A stretch of DNA of 64,000 bases from Oligoflexus sp. (GTDB lineage: Bacteria; Bdellovibrionota_B; Oligoflexia; Oligoflexales; Oligoflexaceae), in assembly GCF_035712445.1 (NCBI RefSeq), contig NZ_DASTAT010000115.1:25583-89582 (forward strand). The letters are read 5' to 3'. The position numbers were made by a program, and so were the translations under genes. How positions within the stretch are numbered: the stretch's first letter is position 1; each line of letters starts with the position of its first letter. The notes below the pieces were generated by a model that saw only the letters and a program-made list of their open reading frames with translations, did no database searches and was not told the origin of the DNA. Below are positions 1 to 9,382 of the stretch, piece after piece.

Positions 1-19
1 AAAAGTCGCGGATGGCCCT

Positions 20-1561
20 GTGCGCGCAGTCTTTTCCTGGAAAGGCGCTGCTCTCGGCGGCATGGTCCTGGTTTTTTGGGGCCTTAAGCTGGCTCACCAG
101 CCAATTCCATTTTCTTCACCCTGGCTGTGGATCGTCGGGCTCCTTTTGGCGAGTTGGGCGGGCATGCGCGGTGTGGTGACCGCAATCTATGGCGCTTACA
201 TCATGAACTTCGTGGAATTCCGCGATGCCCAGGACCTTTACAACCGGGTCTGGCAACTCATGGGCCTTGCGGCTCTGACGACAGGCTTCGCGCAGCTCTC
301 GCTGCGGGAAAAGATAAGGATCAAAAACGAGAACACCCAGCTCGAAAATCAGCGCAAGAATCTGCAGGAAAAACTTTTCGCCGAAGAGCGGCAGCATCAG
401 ATGCTGAAAGCGCGCGTGGATTCGAGTCAAAGATTGGTGCTGCGTTCGATTCAGGAGCTGCACGCGCACCTTACGCCGGTCGTGCTTTCATCCAAGCTCC
501 TCAGCCAGCAGGAGAACGCCGAGACGGAAGGCATCGTGCGCATTCTGCAAAGCTCGGCGGACAAGCAGATGCAGGTGCTGCAAAGCCTTCAGGATGCGAT
601 TCAGATGCCGGGTCAGGGCATGCAGGGGCCGGCCGAAAGAGTCGTTCTGGAAAATCTTTTCAATCAGCTGCTACCGAATATTTCCGAGGTGGCTGCAGCC
701 CGTTCTGTAACGGTGACACTCGGCAATATCGCGTCCCAGGTCGCGGTGCAGAGCTGGCCTTTCGCGCTGCAGGAATCCATGGAGCATCTTCTGCGGCATC
801 TGATTCTTTTTGGTGACCCTGAATCCCAGATCCTGATTCGGGTTTACGCACAGCCGCAAAAAGTTCATCTGCAGTTCCGTCATTCCAATTACACCAACCG
901 CCAGGGGGTCCTTGCTGGATTGGTGGATGGGAATTTGATGTCGAAGGAAGCTCTGGCTTTGGCGGTGAACTTTGATGTCGGTCTTTATACGGCCTGCCGC
1001 CTTCTCGAGAGCATGGGCGGTCAGCTGTCCATTTTTGAAAAAGCCGCCCAGCATCATCTGACCTTTGCCATTCAGCTGCCGGCCGCACAGGAAGAGGACG
1101 TGATGGTCGAGGCCGCGGCTCCTGCCCCAGCGCCGGTGCCGGACGAGGTGGAAGTCGAAGAGGAACTGCCCAAGCCGCAGCTGGTGGCGATCGACGGACG
1201 TCTGCCGCCGCGTCGCCTGCTTTTGGTTGAAGATGATAAGATGACCCAGGAACTCCTGCAGTCGATATTGAAAAATACCGGCATCGAGGTCAGGTCGCAC
1301 GGCAATGCGCAGGAAGCCTATGAATCCTTCTGCAGCTTCCGGCCCGATGTCGTGATCGCCGATCTTGGGCTGCCGGATTCCAACGGTTTTGAGCTGATGA
1401 AGCGCCTGCGCAGCGTGGCGAAGTATGATTTCTATGCCATCGCCTTTTCCGCGAACAACCACCGCAACGTGCTCAAAACCGCTCTATCTGCAGGCTTTGA
1501 TTCCTTCCTGCCGAAGCCTTTGGCCATCCATGACCTTTGCCGGGCTCTCAGGATCGCGTGA
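20..1561 (+). CDS. Membrane-bound hybrid sensor: degenerate histidine-kinase core plus C-terminal receiver domain
   Basis: N-terminal hydrophobic helices; HisKA/HATPase-like region with eroded H, N and G boxes; intact receiver (LLVEDD, DVVIADLGLPDSNG, FLPKP). GTG start. Confidence 0.8.
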   Translation: MRAVFSWKGAALGGMVLVFWGLKLAHQPIPFSSPWLWIVGLLLASWAGMRGVVTAIYGAYIMNFVEFRDAQDLYNRVWQLMGLAALTTGFAQLSLREKIRIKNENTQLENQRKNLQEKLFAEERQHQMLKARVDSSQRLVLRSIQELHAHLTPVVLSSKLLSQQENAETEGIVRILQSSADKQMQVLQSLQDAIQMPGQGMQGPAERVVLENLFNQLLPNISEVAAARSVTVTLGNIASQVAVQSWPFALQESMEHLLRHLILFGDPESQILIRVYAQPQKVHLQFRHSNYTNRQGVLAGLVDGNLMSKEALALAVNFDVGLYTACRLLESMGGQLSIFEKAAQHHLTFAIQLPAAQEEDVMVEAAAPAPAPVPDEVEVEEELPKPQLVAIDGRLPPRRLLLVEDDKMTQELLQSILKNTGIEVRSHGNAQEAYESFCSFRPDVVIADLGLPDSNGFELMKRLRSVAKYDFYAIAFSANNHRNVLKTALSAGFDSFLPKPLAIHDLCRALRIA

Positions 1562-1567
1562 GCCTGT

Positions 1568-2170
1568 TCACATGCCGTTCGGAAAAGTTTTGTGATCAAT
1601 GACTCCGCTCGATCGAATCTCCTTCATGCACTTGCCGTAAGCCTGAAGGAGATTCAGGCAATAATCGAGGCGCAGGCGCAGATATTTATCATCCTCGCTC
1701 GCGGGCGTTTCGCCATTGAACATCTTCTCGACATCACGAATGATGAAATGCTCCGGCAGATAAAGCAGGCGCGTGTTTTTATAGGATGAAATGCGGAGTT
1801 CATTCACGGGATAGGCGCCGCCGCGCGAGCTGCTGACCGCGACGATCAGGGCCGGTTTGTGACCGAGCTCCTGATGCGAGCAGAGCAAAAAGAAGTTTTT
1901 CACGGCCGGGGGAACCATGCCGCTCCATTCGGGAACGACGAAGACAAAGGCATCGCTGCTCTGCAGTTCGGCTTTGATGGGATTCCAGATTTTCCAAGTG
2001 GGGGCATCCTCCCAGATGCTTTCATCCCACAGCGGCAAGGGATTATTTTCCAGGCTCAGATAATAGGTCGACACTCCCGCCTTGGCTCGCAGGTTCGCAT
2101 CAATAAAACGCGCGATCTTTCCACTTTGGGATTGCTTGCGGGAACTGCCGTTGAGGATGGTAATTTTCAA
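1568..2170 (-). CDS. NADPH-dependent FMN reductase (flavodoxin-like fold)
   Basis: ILNGSSRKQSQS N-terminus, SDAFVFVVPEWSGMVPPAVKNF, KPALIVAVSSSRGG. Confidence 0.88.
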   Translation of the reverse strand: MKITILNGSSRKQSQSGKIARFIDANLRAKAGVSTYYLSLENNPLPLWDESIWEDAPTWKIWNPIKAELQSSDAFVFVVPEWSGMVPPAVKNFFLLCSHQELGHKPALIVAVSSSRGGAYPVNELRISSYKNTRLLYLPEHFIIRDVEKMFNGETPASEDDKYLRLRLDYCLNLLQAYGKCMKEIRSSGVIDHKTFPNGM

Positions 2171-2233
2171 GGGTTGGTCCTCCTGGGGGGTAAAGTCGGT
2201 TTTGCGCCGACTATAAACCCTCTTCCGGGGGGA

Positions 2234-3598
2234 TTACCAACTCTTTATGATCAAATGGGGGCGGGCGCTTTTCCAGCTGATTTGACCCGAAGAGACGGGA
2301 GCCACTTCCTCGGGGGAAACGAGTTCCTCGGGGAAAGGACCGTTATACTGGATCACGCTGTATTGGTAGTCACCAGTTGGCAGACGGAGTTTCTTGGACT
2401 GGCCATTGGAGATTTGAAATTCCATCTCGCTGGCCACGCTGGAGCGCACGTAAATGTTTGCATCCCGGTAGGCATTCACAAGTCCGGGAGACGCGGCGCA
2501 GGTTGAGCTGCCCTTGCTCTGCACCATTTCCAGTTCCATCGCGATCAGCTGGCTTTCCGTCTGTTCCGAGAAGAGCGGATGCCAGACGCAAGGCAAGGAC
2601 GAGTTGGGCTGGTCGGCAGAGGAGATGTAAGGAGTTTCGATCGGCTGCAGCGTGACGAGGTAACCCTTGGCCATGCTTTGATCGCGAGGAATGCTGAGGG
2701 TGAAGAGACCCACGAGGCTCGCATCTTCGATACGGTGCGAGAGAGCCTGGATTTCCTGAGCGGCTTCCTGAATGGCGACCAGAGCCGCATCGCGATCCCG
2801 ATTCTTGCCCTGGCAGACTTTGTCCTGCCAGAGTTTGGAACGGAAGCTGAGAGGCAGTTCATTGGGCAGGGAGAAACGCATGATCCGGCAAACCTTGTCG
2901 AGTTCCGTGCGTTTTTCCGGGCGTTCGAAAGCCTCGAGCAGCTGCGTGGTCAAAGTCAGACGACGGATCAGAAGATAAGGCTGATGATTCCACTTCGTCG
3001 TCATGTTGCGTTTGATTGTTTCGAGCGAAGCGAAAATTTCCGCATCCGAAGGCCGTGGGAGTTGGCAAACGAGGCCTTTTTCCTCGGTCCATTCGAAGTT
3101 GCAGTCCGGGGCCAGAAGCTTCAGAGGCTGCAGGATTTCGCGCGCGCCCGGGGATTCCCGACCGAAGGTGATCGAGGATTCCTCGTGATGCTCACAGAGG
3201 AGCGCCGAAGCGAGTTCATTCGGCAGATGATCGTATTTCAGGGTATAGCGCTGCGGATGAACCTTGATATCAAGCTCATTGCCCTTCTTGTTCACAAGCT
3301 TCGTGTAGTCGATATCAAAGCGGTGCTGACCGAGGACCGACGTCATGAAAATGGACCACTGCTGCGGGAAACCATTCTCGCAACTTTCACGGTCGTATTC
3401 ACCGATATAGACGTTGGCATTCGTCGAGGATTTCAAATAGATCTTCACGCTTGAGCTGAAGTTGGTCTTCTGCTCAGGCGAAGCATTTCCATTGGCATTG
3501 GGTTGCGGATCCAAAAGGTACTGGCAGCCCCAGAGAAGGGCGAAGAGGCCACCGAGTCCAGCGGTAAAGCGCATCCGTGATCGAGAGCGACGGCTCAT
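2234..3598 (-). CDS. Hypothetical Cys-rich probable lipoprotein
   Basis: 454-aa ORF; basic N-terminus, hydrophobic stretch and LLWGC lipobox-like motif; no family recognised. Confidence 0.65.
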   Translation of the reverse strand: MSRRSRSRMRFTAGLGGLFALLWGCQYLLDPQPNANGNASPEQKTNFSSSVKIYLKSSTNANVYIGEYDRESCENGFPQQWSIFMTSVLGQHRFDIDYTKLVNKKGNELDIKVHPQRYTLKYDHLPNELASALLCEHHEESSITFGRESPGAREILQPLKLLAPDCNFEWTEEKGLVCQLPRPSDAEIFASLETIKRNMTTKWNHQPYLLIRRLTLTTQLLEAFERPEKRTELDKVCRIMRFSLPNELPLSFRSKLWQDKVCQGKNRDRDAALVAIQEAAQEIQALSHRIEDASLVGLFTLSIPRDQSMAKGYLVTLQPIETPYISSADQPNSSLPCVWHPLFSEQTESQLIAMELEMVQSKGSSTCAASPGLVNAYRDANIYVRSSVASEMEFQISNGQSKKLRLPTGDYQYSVIQYNGPFPEELVSPEEVAPVSSGQISWKSARPHLIIKSW

Positions 3599-3628
3599 AC
3601 GACTCCATATCTGATTTCAAGGTCGCAA

Positions 3629-4102
3629 TTAGAATGTGGAAACTTTCTGTACAGCCAGATCCACAGCTTCATTGAACCCGCCGAGAGAAGGATTCGAGGA
3701 TTCCACAGACCATGACAGAGGCTGACACAGCTGCAAAACCTTGCGGGATACCACGTAACCTTCTTCATTCTCGGTGATCAGGTGAATATCCTTTGGACCA
3801 AATTTTCGACTGGTCTGATTTTTCGCCCAAAGGTAGAGCGAGGGGCTGGTGACGAATTCCCGGCTCAGACGAACAGTTTCAAAGCTGGCTTTGGCGGCCA
3901 AAGGAAAGCCGTCCTGCGCAAACTTATCAATACCTTCAATATTATCAAAGGGGCCGTAATCCACCCCGTCGATTTCAACATAAGTCGTGAGCACGGGCGG
4001 CTTGAGGGCTGCCTTGATGGAATTCACTCCCAGCAAGACAAAAAGACTCAACGCGCTCATACCTACGGCTGCTCGTTTCAGCAGTGTTGCCCTGCGGTCC
4101 AT
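3629..4102 (-). CDS. Phage tail-tube (T4 gp19/Afp1-like) fold protein with N-terminal signal/TM segment
   Basis: YVEIDG..GPFDNIEGI, VRLSREFVTSPSLYLW, KDIHLITENEEG.VVSR.VL...QPLSWS and EAVDLAVQKV match the gp19-family pattern by eye; residues 1-32 are hydrophobic. Confidence 0.65.
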   Translation of the reverse strand: MDRRATLLKRAAVGMSALSLFVLLGVNSIKAALKPPVLTTYVEIDGVDYGPFDNIEGIDKFAQDGFPLAAKASFETVRLSREFVTSPSLYLWAKNQTSRKFGPKDIHLITENEEGYVVSRKVLQLCQPLSWSVESSNPSLGGFNEAVDLAVQKVSTF

Positions 4103-4264
4103 TGGACTCCCAGTACCATAAGATCTGAATTGATGGATTCACTAACAGCATAGCATAGCAACCTGGGTTTTACCTCCCATGTGACGCATTTTTTTGGAAA
4201 TAAAATCCAAAACTGCGCTTAAGGTAAAACCAAAGCCCGCGAACAGGATTTTCCAAGGCAATCG

Positions 4265-4651
4265 CTATATCTGACAGGCAATCGCATCAATCTCGACACC
4301 GACTCCGCGGGGGAGTTTGGCGACCTGGACTGTTGCTCGTGCCGGATAGGGCTTGCTTAGGTAACTTGCGTATACCTCGTTTACTTTGGCGAAATTTTCC
4401 AAATTCTGCAAATAAATTGTCGTGCGGATAACTCCCGACCAACCACTTCCCGCCGCCTGCAGAACCGCCTGGAGATTTTTCATCACCTGGTGGGTTTGCT
4501 CTTCGATGGATCCGTCCAGGATTTCACCCGTGCTTGGATTGAGCGGAATCTGTCCCGAGCAGTACACAAGCCCGCCGTGTATGACGGCCTGTGAATATGG
4601 TCCTATCGCCGCTGGGGCGTCCTTGGTTTCAACATTCTTGAGAGTCATCAC
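4265..4651 (-). CDS. ridA: RidA family reactive-intermediate (enamine/imine) deaminase
   Basis: APAAIGPYSQAV, YCSGQIPLNP, YPARATVQVAKLPRGVGVEIDAIA. Confidence 0.9.
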   Translation of the reverse strand: MMTLKNVETKDAPAAIGPYSQAVIHGGLVYCSGQIPLNPSTGEILDGSIEEQTHQVMKNLQAVLQAAGSGWSGVIRTTIYLQNLENFAKVNEVYASYLSKPYPARATVQVAKLPRGVGVEIDAIACQI

Positions 4652-4663
4652 GCCATCCCCTTG

Positions 4664-5617
4664 TCAGTGGTGCGCTTGCATGTGTTCGTCGTAAACGCTC
4701 TGCAGGTCCTGCAGAACATTCGCCGGTATGTCGGGCGATCGAGACGCCTTGCTGATCAGCGTTGCCGCCTCAGCTTCCTTGTTCATGGCCAGAAACGCCT
4801 GGGCCGCATGCGCATAGAGCTTCCAGTGAACTTTCTTCTTCTCGATGTGCTCAATGCGGTAGACCAGTTGCGGGATCTTTTCGAATTGCTGTGCTAACCC
4901 AAGCGCTGCGGTGTACTCAATTAAGAAATCGTCATCGCGAGCGCCGGCGTTGAAAGCCTCTTCCAAAAGCTCCGCCTTGAGCAGACGATCCGTGGGATCG
5001 ATGATCTCGGCCGCCAAAGACAGACCAGCAAAGGAGTTCGTCTCCATCGCTTTCGAGCGAAGCCGCTCACCAGCGCTTGCTCTATCCTCATGAAGATAGA
5101 TCGATGCGGCCAATTCCCAAAGCCGGAAATTGTTGGGATCAATACCCAGGCCGCTATCGATCAATTCGAGAGCTTCACTGTCGCGTTCTTGCGAAAAGGC
5201 GATGCTCGCCAGGTTCACGTAGGGAGCCAGTTCCTGAGGCACAAGGGCCTTGGCCTGGTTCATCACGACCGCGCCTTCATCGAGTTCACCGATCATCATG
5301 AGCGAAGAACCCAGGGCGAGGCACGCGCGGAAATCGGTGTCGATCGCGAACCCGGGCGCGTGTTCGGTCAAGGCAACAACGACCTGGGGCAAACCCATGG
5401 AGGTCAGCTCTTCCATAAGATCGACAAAGAGGTCCTGATTGGCGACAGGTTTCTCGCGCACGACCTGCATGAGAAAATCCTGAAAAGCCGCCATGGTTCT
5501 TTCATCTGGCCGTGGTGAGCGATCGCCCGTGTATTCCTCATCACTGACGCCCAGGTAGGAGCGCAGTTGAGGGCCCATAGGATAATGATTCCAAAGTTCA
5601 AGACGAGCGTCGCTCAT
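4664..5617 (-). CDS. Tetratricopeptide-repeat-like helical protein
   Basis: Repeated helical pattern (APYVNLASIAF, GLGIDPNNFRLWELAA); lies between aspS and ridA on the same strand. Confidence 0.6.
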   Translation of the reverse strand: MSDARLELWNHYPMGPQLRSYLGVSDEEYTGDRSPRPDERTMAAFQDFLMQVVREKPVANQDLFVDLMEELTSMGLPQVVVALTEHAPGFAIDTDFRACLALGSSLMMIGELDEGAVVMNQAKALVPQELAPYVNLASIAFSQERDSEALELIDSGLGIDPNNFRLWELAASIYLHEDRASAGERLRSKAMETNSFAGLSLAAEIIDPTDRLLKAELLEEAFNAGARDDDFLIEYTAALGLAQQFEKIPQLVYRIEHIEKKKVHWKLYAHAAQAFLAMNKEAEAATLISKASRSPDIPANVLQDLQSVYDEHMQAHH

Positions 5618-5621
5618 CGCT

Positions 5622-7427
5622 TTACTCCAAAGTTAGCTTTTGCACGCGAATGTGCAGATTGCGCAATTCATCGGCTGTGACTTCGCTTGGTGCTTCGGTC
5701 ATCAGGTCCGTGGCTTTGTTGGTTTTTGGGAACGGAATGACGTCGCGAATGGAATCCGAGCCGGTCAAGAGCATGACCAGTCGATCCAGGCCGAAAGCCA
5801 TACCACCATGGGGTGGAGCGCCGTACCGCAGAGCTTCCAGGAGGAAGCCGAATTTGGCCTGAGCTTCTTCCGGCGTCAAGCCCAGCAGAGCGAAAATCTT
5901 CGCCTGCAGCTCTTGATTGTGAATCCGGATGGAGCCACCTGCGACTTCGTTGCCGTTCAGCACAAGGTCATAGGCTTTGGCCTTCACCTTCTCGGGCGCG
6001 GTTTCCAGAAGATGGAGGTCTTCGTCGCGCGGCGAGGTAAAGGGATGGTGACAGGCGATCAGTCGACCGCTCTCAGGATCGCGTTCGAAGGATGGGAAGT
6101 CGAGCACCCACAGGAAGTTGAACTGCTTCGGGTTATACAGTTTCAAACGCTTGCCCAGCTCAAGGCGCAAAGCCGAGAGCGCGGCCTTGGTCGTCCGGTA
6201 GTCACCGGCTGCGATCAGAATCAAGTCCTGTGCGGTTGCGCCGAGCTGCTTATTGATGCTGTCGACGACATCATCACCCAGGAATTTGGCGATCGGCGAC
6301 TGCCAGCTTTCCTGACCCTTGCCGTCCTTCACCTTGGCCCAGGCCAATCCACCCGAGCCGTATTGTTTGACGAGTTCCTGGAGTTCATCGAGGTCTTTAC
6401 GGCTGAATGTTTCCGCCTGGCCTTTGAGATGCAAGGCGTTGACGATGCCGCCCGTGCTGACCGCATTGATGAAGACTTTGAATTCCGTTTTCTGAACCAG
6501 AGGGGTCAGGTTTTGGAGTTTCAATTCAAAACGCGTGTCGGGTTTGTCGTTACCATAGAATTCCATGGCGTCGTCATAGGCCATGCGCGGCAGGGGAGTC
6601 GGCACTTTCACGCCGGACGCTTTTTCCCAGGCGCGGCTGATGACGCGTTCCATCGTATTCAGGACCTGCTCACGATCGACGAAGGACATCTCAAGGTCGA
6701 CCTGGGAGAACTCAGGCTGACGGTCCGCACGCAAGTCTTCATCGCGGAAGCATTTGACGACCTGGTAGTAGCGGTCGAAGCCCGAGATCATCAGCACCTG
6801 CTTGAAGAGCTGAGGACTTTGCGGCAAGGCATAAAATTTTCCGGCATGAACGCGCGACGGTACAAGGAACTCGCGTGCGCCCTCCGGCGTGGATTTGTAG
6901 AGGTATGGGGTTTCGATATCGAGGAAGTTTTCATCCTCGAGCGCGCGGCGCATTTCACGCACGAATTGAATGCGGGTCAGGATGTTGTGCTTCAGAGTCG
7001 GACGGCGCAAATCCAGATAGCGGTGCTTGAGGCGCAGCGTTTCACTGGCTTCCGTCAGGTCCTGGATCTGGAAGGGCAGAGGTTCGCTCGGGTTCAGAAG
7101 CTTGGCTTCGTCGACCAGAACTTCGATCGCACCGGTGGCGACTTTTTGATTGATCATGCCTTCGGGGCGCTTGTTCACCACGCCTTTGACGGCGAGCACG
7201 AATTCATTGCGCAGCTTTTCGCCGACGTCCAATATTTTGCTGGTACGGGCGGGATCAAGCACAACCTGGGTGATGCCGAAGCGATCGCGCAAATCGATGA
7301 AGATAAGATTACCGTGATCGCGGCGGGTCTGCACCCAGCCCATCAGGGTCACTGTTTGTCCATGGTGCTGCGCTGTTAATTCACCGAGATTATGGCTGCG
7401 ATGCCAACCGTCCAATTGTGTGCTCAT
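5622..7427 (-). CDS. aspS: Aspartate--tRNA ligase (probably non-discriminating Asp/Asn type)
   Basis: RRDHG OB-fold start, [24 protein letters not shown] motif 2, GAPPHGG..FGLDR motif 3. Confidence 0.97.
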   Translation of the reverse strand: MSTQLDGWHRSHNLGELTAQHHGQTVTLMGWVQTRRDHGNLIFIDLRDRFGITQVVLDPARTSKILDVGEKLRNEFVLAVKGVVNKRPEGMINQKVATGAIEVLVDEAKLLNPSEPLPFQIQDLTEASETLRLKHRYLDLRRPTLKHNILTRIQFVREMRRALEDENFLDIETPYLYKSTPEGAREFLVPSRVHAGKFYALPQSPQLFKQVLMISGFDRYYQVVKCFRDEDLRADRQPEFSQVDLEMSFVDREQVLNTMERVISRAWEKASGVKVPTPLPRMAYDDAMEFYGNDKPDTRFELKLQNLTPLVQKTEFKVFINAVSTGGIVNALHLKGQAETFSRKDLDELQELVKQYGSGGLAWAKVKDGKGQESWQSPIAKFLGDDVVDSINKQLGATAQDLILIAAGDYRTTKAALSALRLELGKRLKLYNPKQFNFLWVLDFPSFERDPESGRLIACHHPFTSPRDEDLHLLETAPEKVKAKAYDLVLNGNEVAGGSIRIHNQELQAKIFALLGLTPEEAQAKFGFLLEALRYGAPPHGGMAFGLDRLVMLLTGSDSIRDVIPFPKTNKATDLMTEAPSEVTADELRNLHIRVQKLTLE

Positions 7428-7654
7428 GGTCCACTCTCAATGCTTTAGGGGGAGTCAATTCGGCTTGCGGTGGGTGAGGCGCCCGAAGACCTTCACAGCC
7501 CATGGCGGCGAAGACTTCCAAAGCCAAATAAAGTGCTAATGTAGCATCGGCTGCCGCGGTCCACCATAAGATAAAGAAAAGTTGAAGGGGTCCGTGTCCT
7601 CAGAGTTTGAGTCTGGGTATGGGAAAGAAAACAAGTTGGTTGGGTCGGCAACTG

Positions 7655-7673
7655 GCCGGGAACGGGTCCCGGC
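7655..7673 (-). terminator. Stem-loop downstream of pstB
   Basis: GCCGGGA/TCCCGGC 7-bp stem 7 nt past the pstB stop; the T-rich stretch is about 20 nt further on. Confidence 0.45.
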
Positions 7674-7679
7674 GCTTTA

Positions 7680-8438
7680 TCAGCCAAAACGGCCGACGAT
7701 GTAATCGCGAGTCAGCTTTTCTTCGGGGTTCGAGAAGATCTTCGAGGTCCCGTCAAATTCGATGAGGTCACCGTTGTACATGAAGGCCGTGTATTCGGAG
7801 ACGCGGGCGGCCTGCTGCATGTTATGGGTTACGATGACGATGGTGTAATTCTTTTTGAGTTCGTGGATCAGGTCCTCGATCGCGAGCGTGGACGCGGGGT
7901 CGAGGGCGGAGCAGGGTTCGTCCATCAGGATGACTTCGGGATCCATGGCGATGGCGCGGGCGATGCAAAGGCGCTGCTGCTGGCCGCCGGAAAGGGCGAG
8001 GCCACTGTCATTCAGCTTGTCTTTGACTTCATCCCAAAGCGCCGCCTTGCGCAGACAGGATTCGACGAGTTCATCCAGATTCCCCTGGTAGCCGTTGATT
8101 TGCGGACCCCAGGTGATGTTTTTGGCGATCGAGCTGGTGAAGGGGTTGGGCTTTTGAAAGACCATGCCCACACGACGACGGAATTCGGTGACTTCCATCT
8201 GGGATTTATAGATGTCCGTGCCCTCGAAAAGGACTTCGCCTTCATGACGGAAGATATCAATAAAGTCATTCATGCGGTTGAACGTCCGGAGCAGCGTGCT
8301 CTTGCCGCAACCCGACGGACCGATCAAGGCCGTGACTGTTCTTTTTGGAACTTTGACGCTGACGTTGCGAACGACCTTTTTCTGGCCGTAATAAACGTTC
8401 AAATTCCTGGTTTCCAGAATCGGACTGCCGAAGCTCAT
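7680..8438 (-). CDS. pstB: Phosphate ABC transporter ATPase
   Basis: GPSGCGKST Walker [15 protein letters not shown] signature, DEPCSALDP; start moved to ATG 8438, which overlaps the pstA stop (ATGA). Confidence 0.96.
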   Translation of the reverse strand: MSFGSPILETRNLNVYYGQKKVVRNVSVKVPKRTVTALIGPSGCGKSTLLRTFNRMNDFIDIFRHEGEVLFEGTDIYKSQMEVTEFRRRVGMVFQKPNPFTSSIAKNITWGPQINGYQGNLDELVESCLRKAALWDEVKDKLNDSGLALSGGQQQRLCIARAIAMDPEVILMDEPCSALDPASTLAIEDLIHELKKNYTIVIVTHNMQQAARVSEYTAFMYNGDLIEFDGTSKIFSNPEEKLTRDYIVGRFG

Positions 8439-9382
8439 TTCTTGGCTCCCCACTTGGAACGAATGAAGATGGCTGCTGAGTTGCAAATCAGCAGGAAGAT
8501 CAAAAGAACGATGATGCCAGCAGCGGCCAGTTCATGGAACGCCTGCTGCGGACGCGAGGTCCAGTTGTAGATCTGAATGGGCAGCGCAGTGAAACCATCA
8601 AACAGTCCTGAGGGAACGAAAGCCACATATGTCAAAGCTCCCAGAAGAATCAAAGGAGCGGCTTCACCCATGGCCCGCGCCATCGCCAGAATCACGCCGG
8701 TCGCGATTCCCGGAACGGCCGCAGGAAGAACATGATCACGAACGGTTTGCCAGCGGGTCGCACCCAGGGCAAAGGCCGCCATGCGAATGGAATCCGGCAC
8801 GCTTTTCAAAGCCTCGCGCGAAGCGATGATAATGACCGGCATCACCAAAAGGCTCATGGTCAAGGCGCCGGCCAATACCGAGCGACCGAGGGCCATGAAG
8901 CGAACAAAGACGCCCAGACCCAGCATGCCGTAGATAATCGACGGAACGCCGGCCAGTGTTGCAATGGAAAGTTCAATGACCTGGCTCATGCGATTCTTGT
9001 TGGCCAGCTCCTGCAGATAAACCGCAGCACCGACTCCAAAGAGAACCGAGAAGAAGAGGGTGAGAGCGCCAAGCCACATGCTGCCGGCGATCGCGGATTT
9101 TATCCCGGCTTTGGACGCAAAACGCGAAGGAAAGCTGGTAAGAAAATCCCAGCTCAAACTCCCGGCTCCATCTCTCGTCACACTGGCAATCAGATAAACC
9201 AGGACGAGCAAAGCCATGATGGTGGCCACAAGGATCGTTGTTGTGAAAATACGTTCCTTCAGGCGTCGTCGTTCGGTATTAACCTTAAAGACGCTGCGAT
9301 TCTCCCGATCGGGCATGAGGCCTTCCTGTCCAGGAATAACTTTATTTTTGACGCCGCCCATAGCGCTTGGCATCTCGGTCAT
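8435..9382 (-). CDS. pstA: Phosphate ABC transporter permease
   Basis: [46 protein letters not shown]. Confidence 0.95.
   Translation of the reverse strand: MTEMPSAMGGVKNKVIPGQEGLMPDRENRSVFKVNTERRRLKERIFTTTILVATIMALLVLVYLIASVTRDGAGSLSWDFLTSFPSRFASKAGIKSAIAGSMWLGALTLFFSVLFGVGAAVYLQELANKNRMSQVIELSIATLAGVPSIIYGMLGLGVFVRFMALGRSVLAGALTMSLLVMPVIIIASREALKSVPDSIRMAAFALGATRWQTVRDHVLPAAVPGIATGVILAMARAMGEAAPLILLGALTYVAFVPSGLFDGFTALPIQIYNWTSRPQQAFHELAAAGIIVLLIFLLICNSAAIFIRSKWGAKK

Noticed and set aside
2320-2338. Short TTCCTCGGGG repeat near the 3' end of the 454-aa gene
   Set aside because: Two short copies inside coding sequence (FPEE/SPEE); not informative.
2234-4102. Prophage, eCIS or T6SS locus around the tube-like gene
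   Set aside because: There are no sheath, baseplate, spike, capsid or integrase genes; only the single tube-like ORF is supported.
5640-7379. 579-aa + strand ORF, and similar long antisense ORFs such as 10135-11238, 20505-21725, 22782-24059 and 53749-54930
   Set aside because: They lie fully antisense to well-supported genes and have no family motifs; such shadow ORFs are expected from codon bias in GC-rich DNA.
7428-7620. T-box or riboswitch upstream of aspS
   Set aside because: No T-box consensus or recognisable aptamer was found; only short repeats (GAAGAC) are present.
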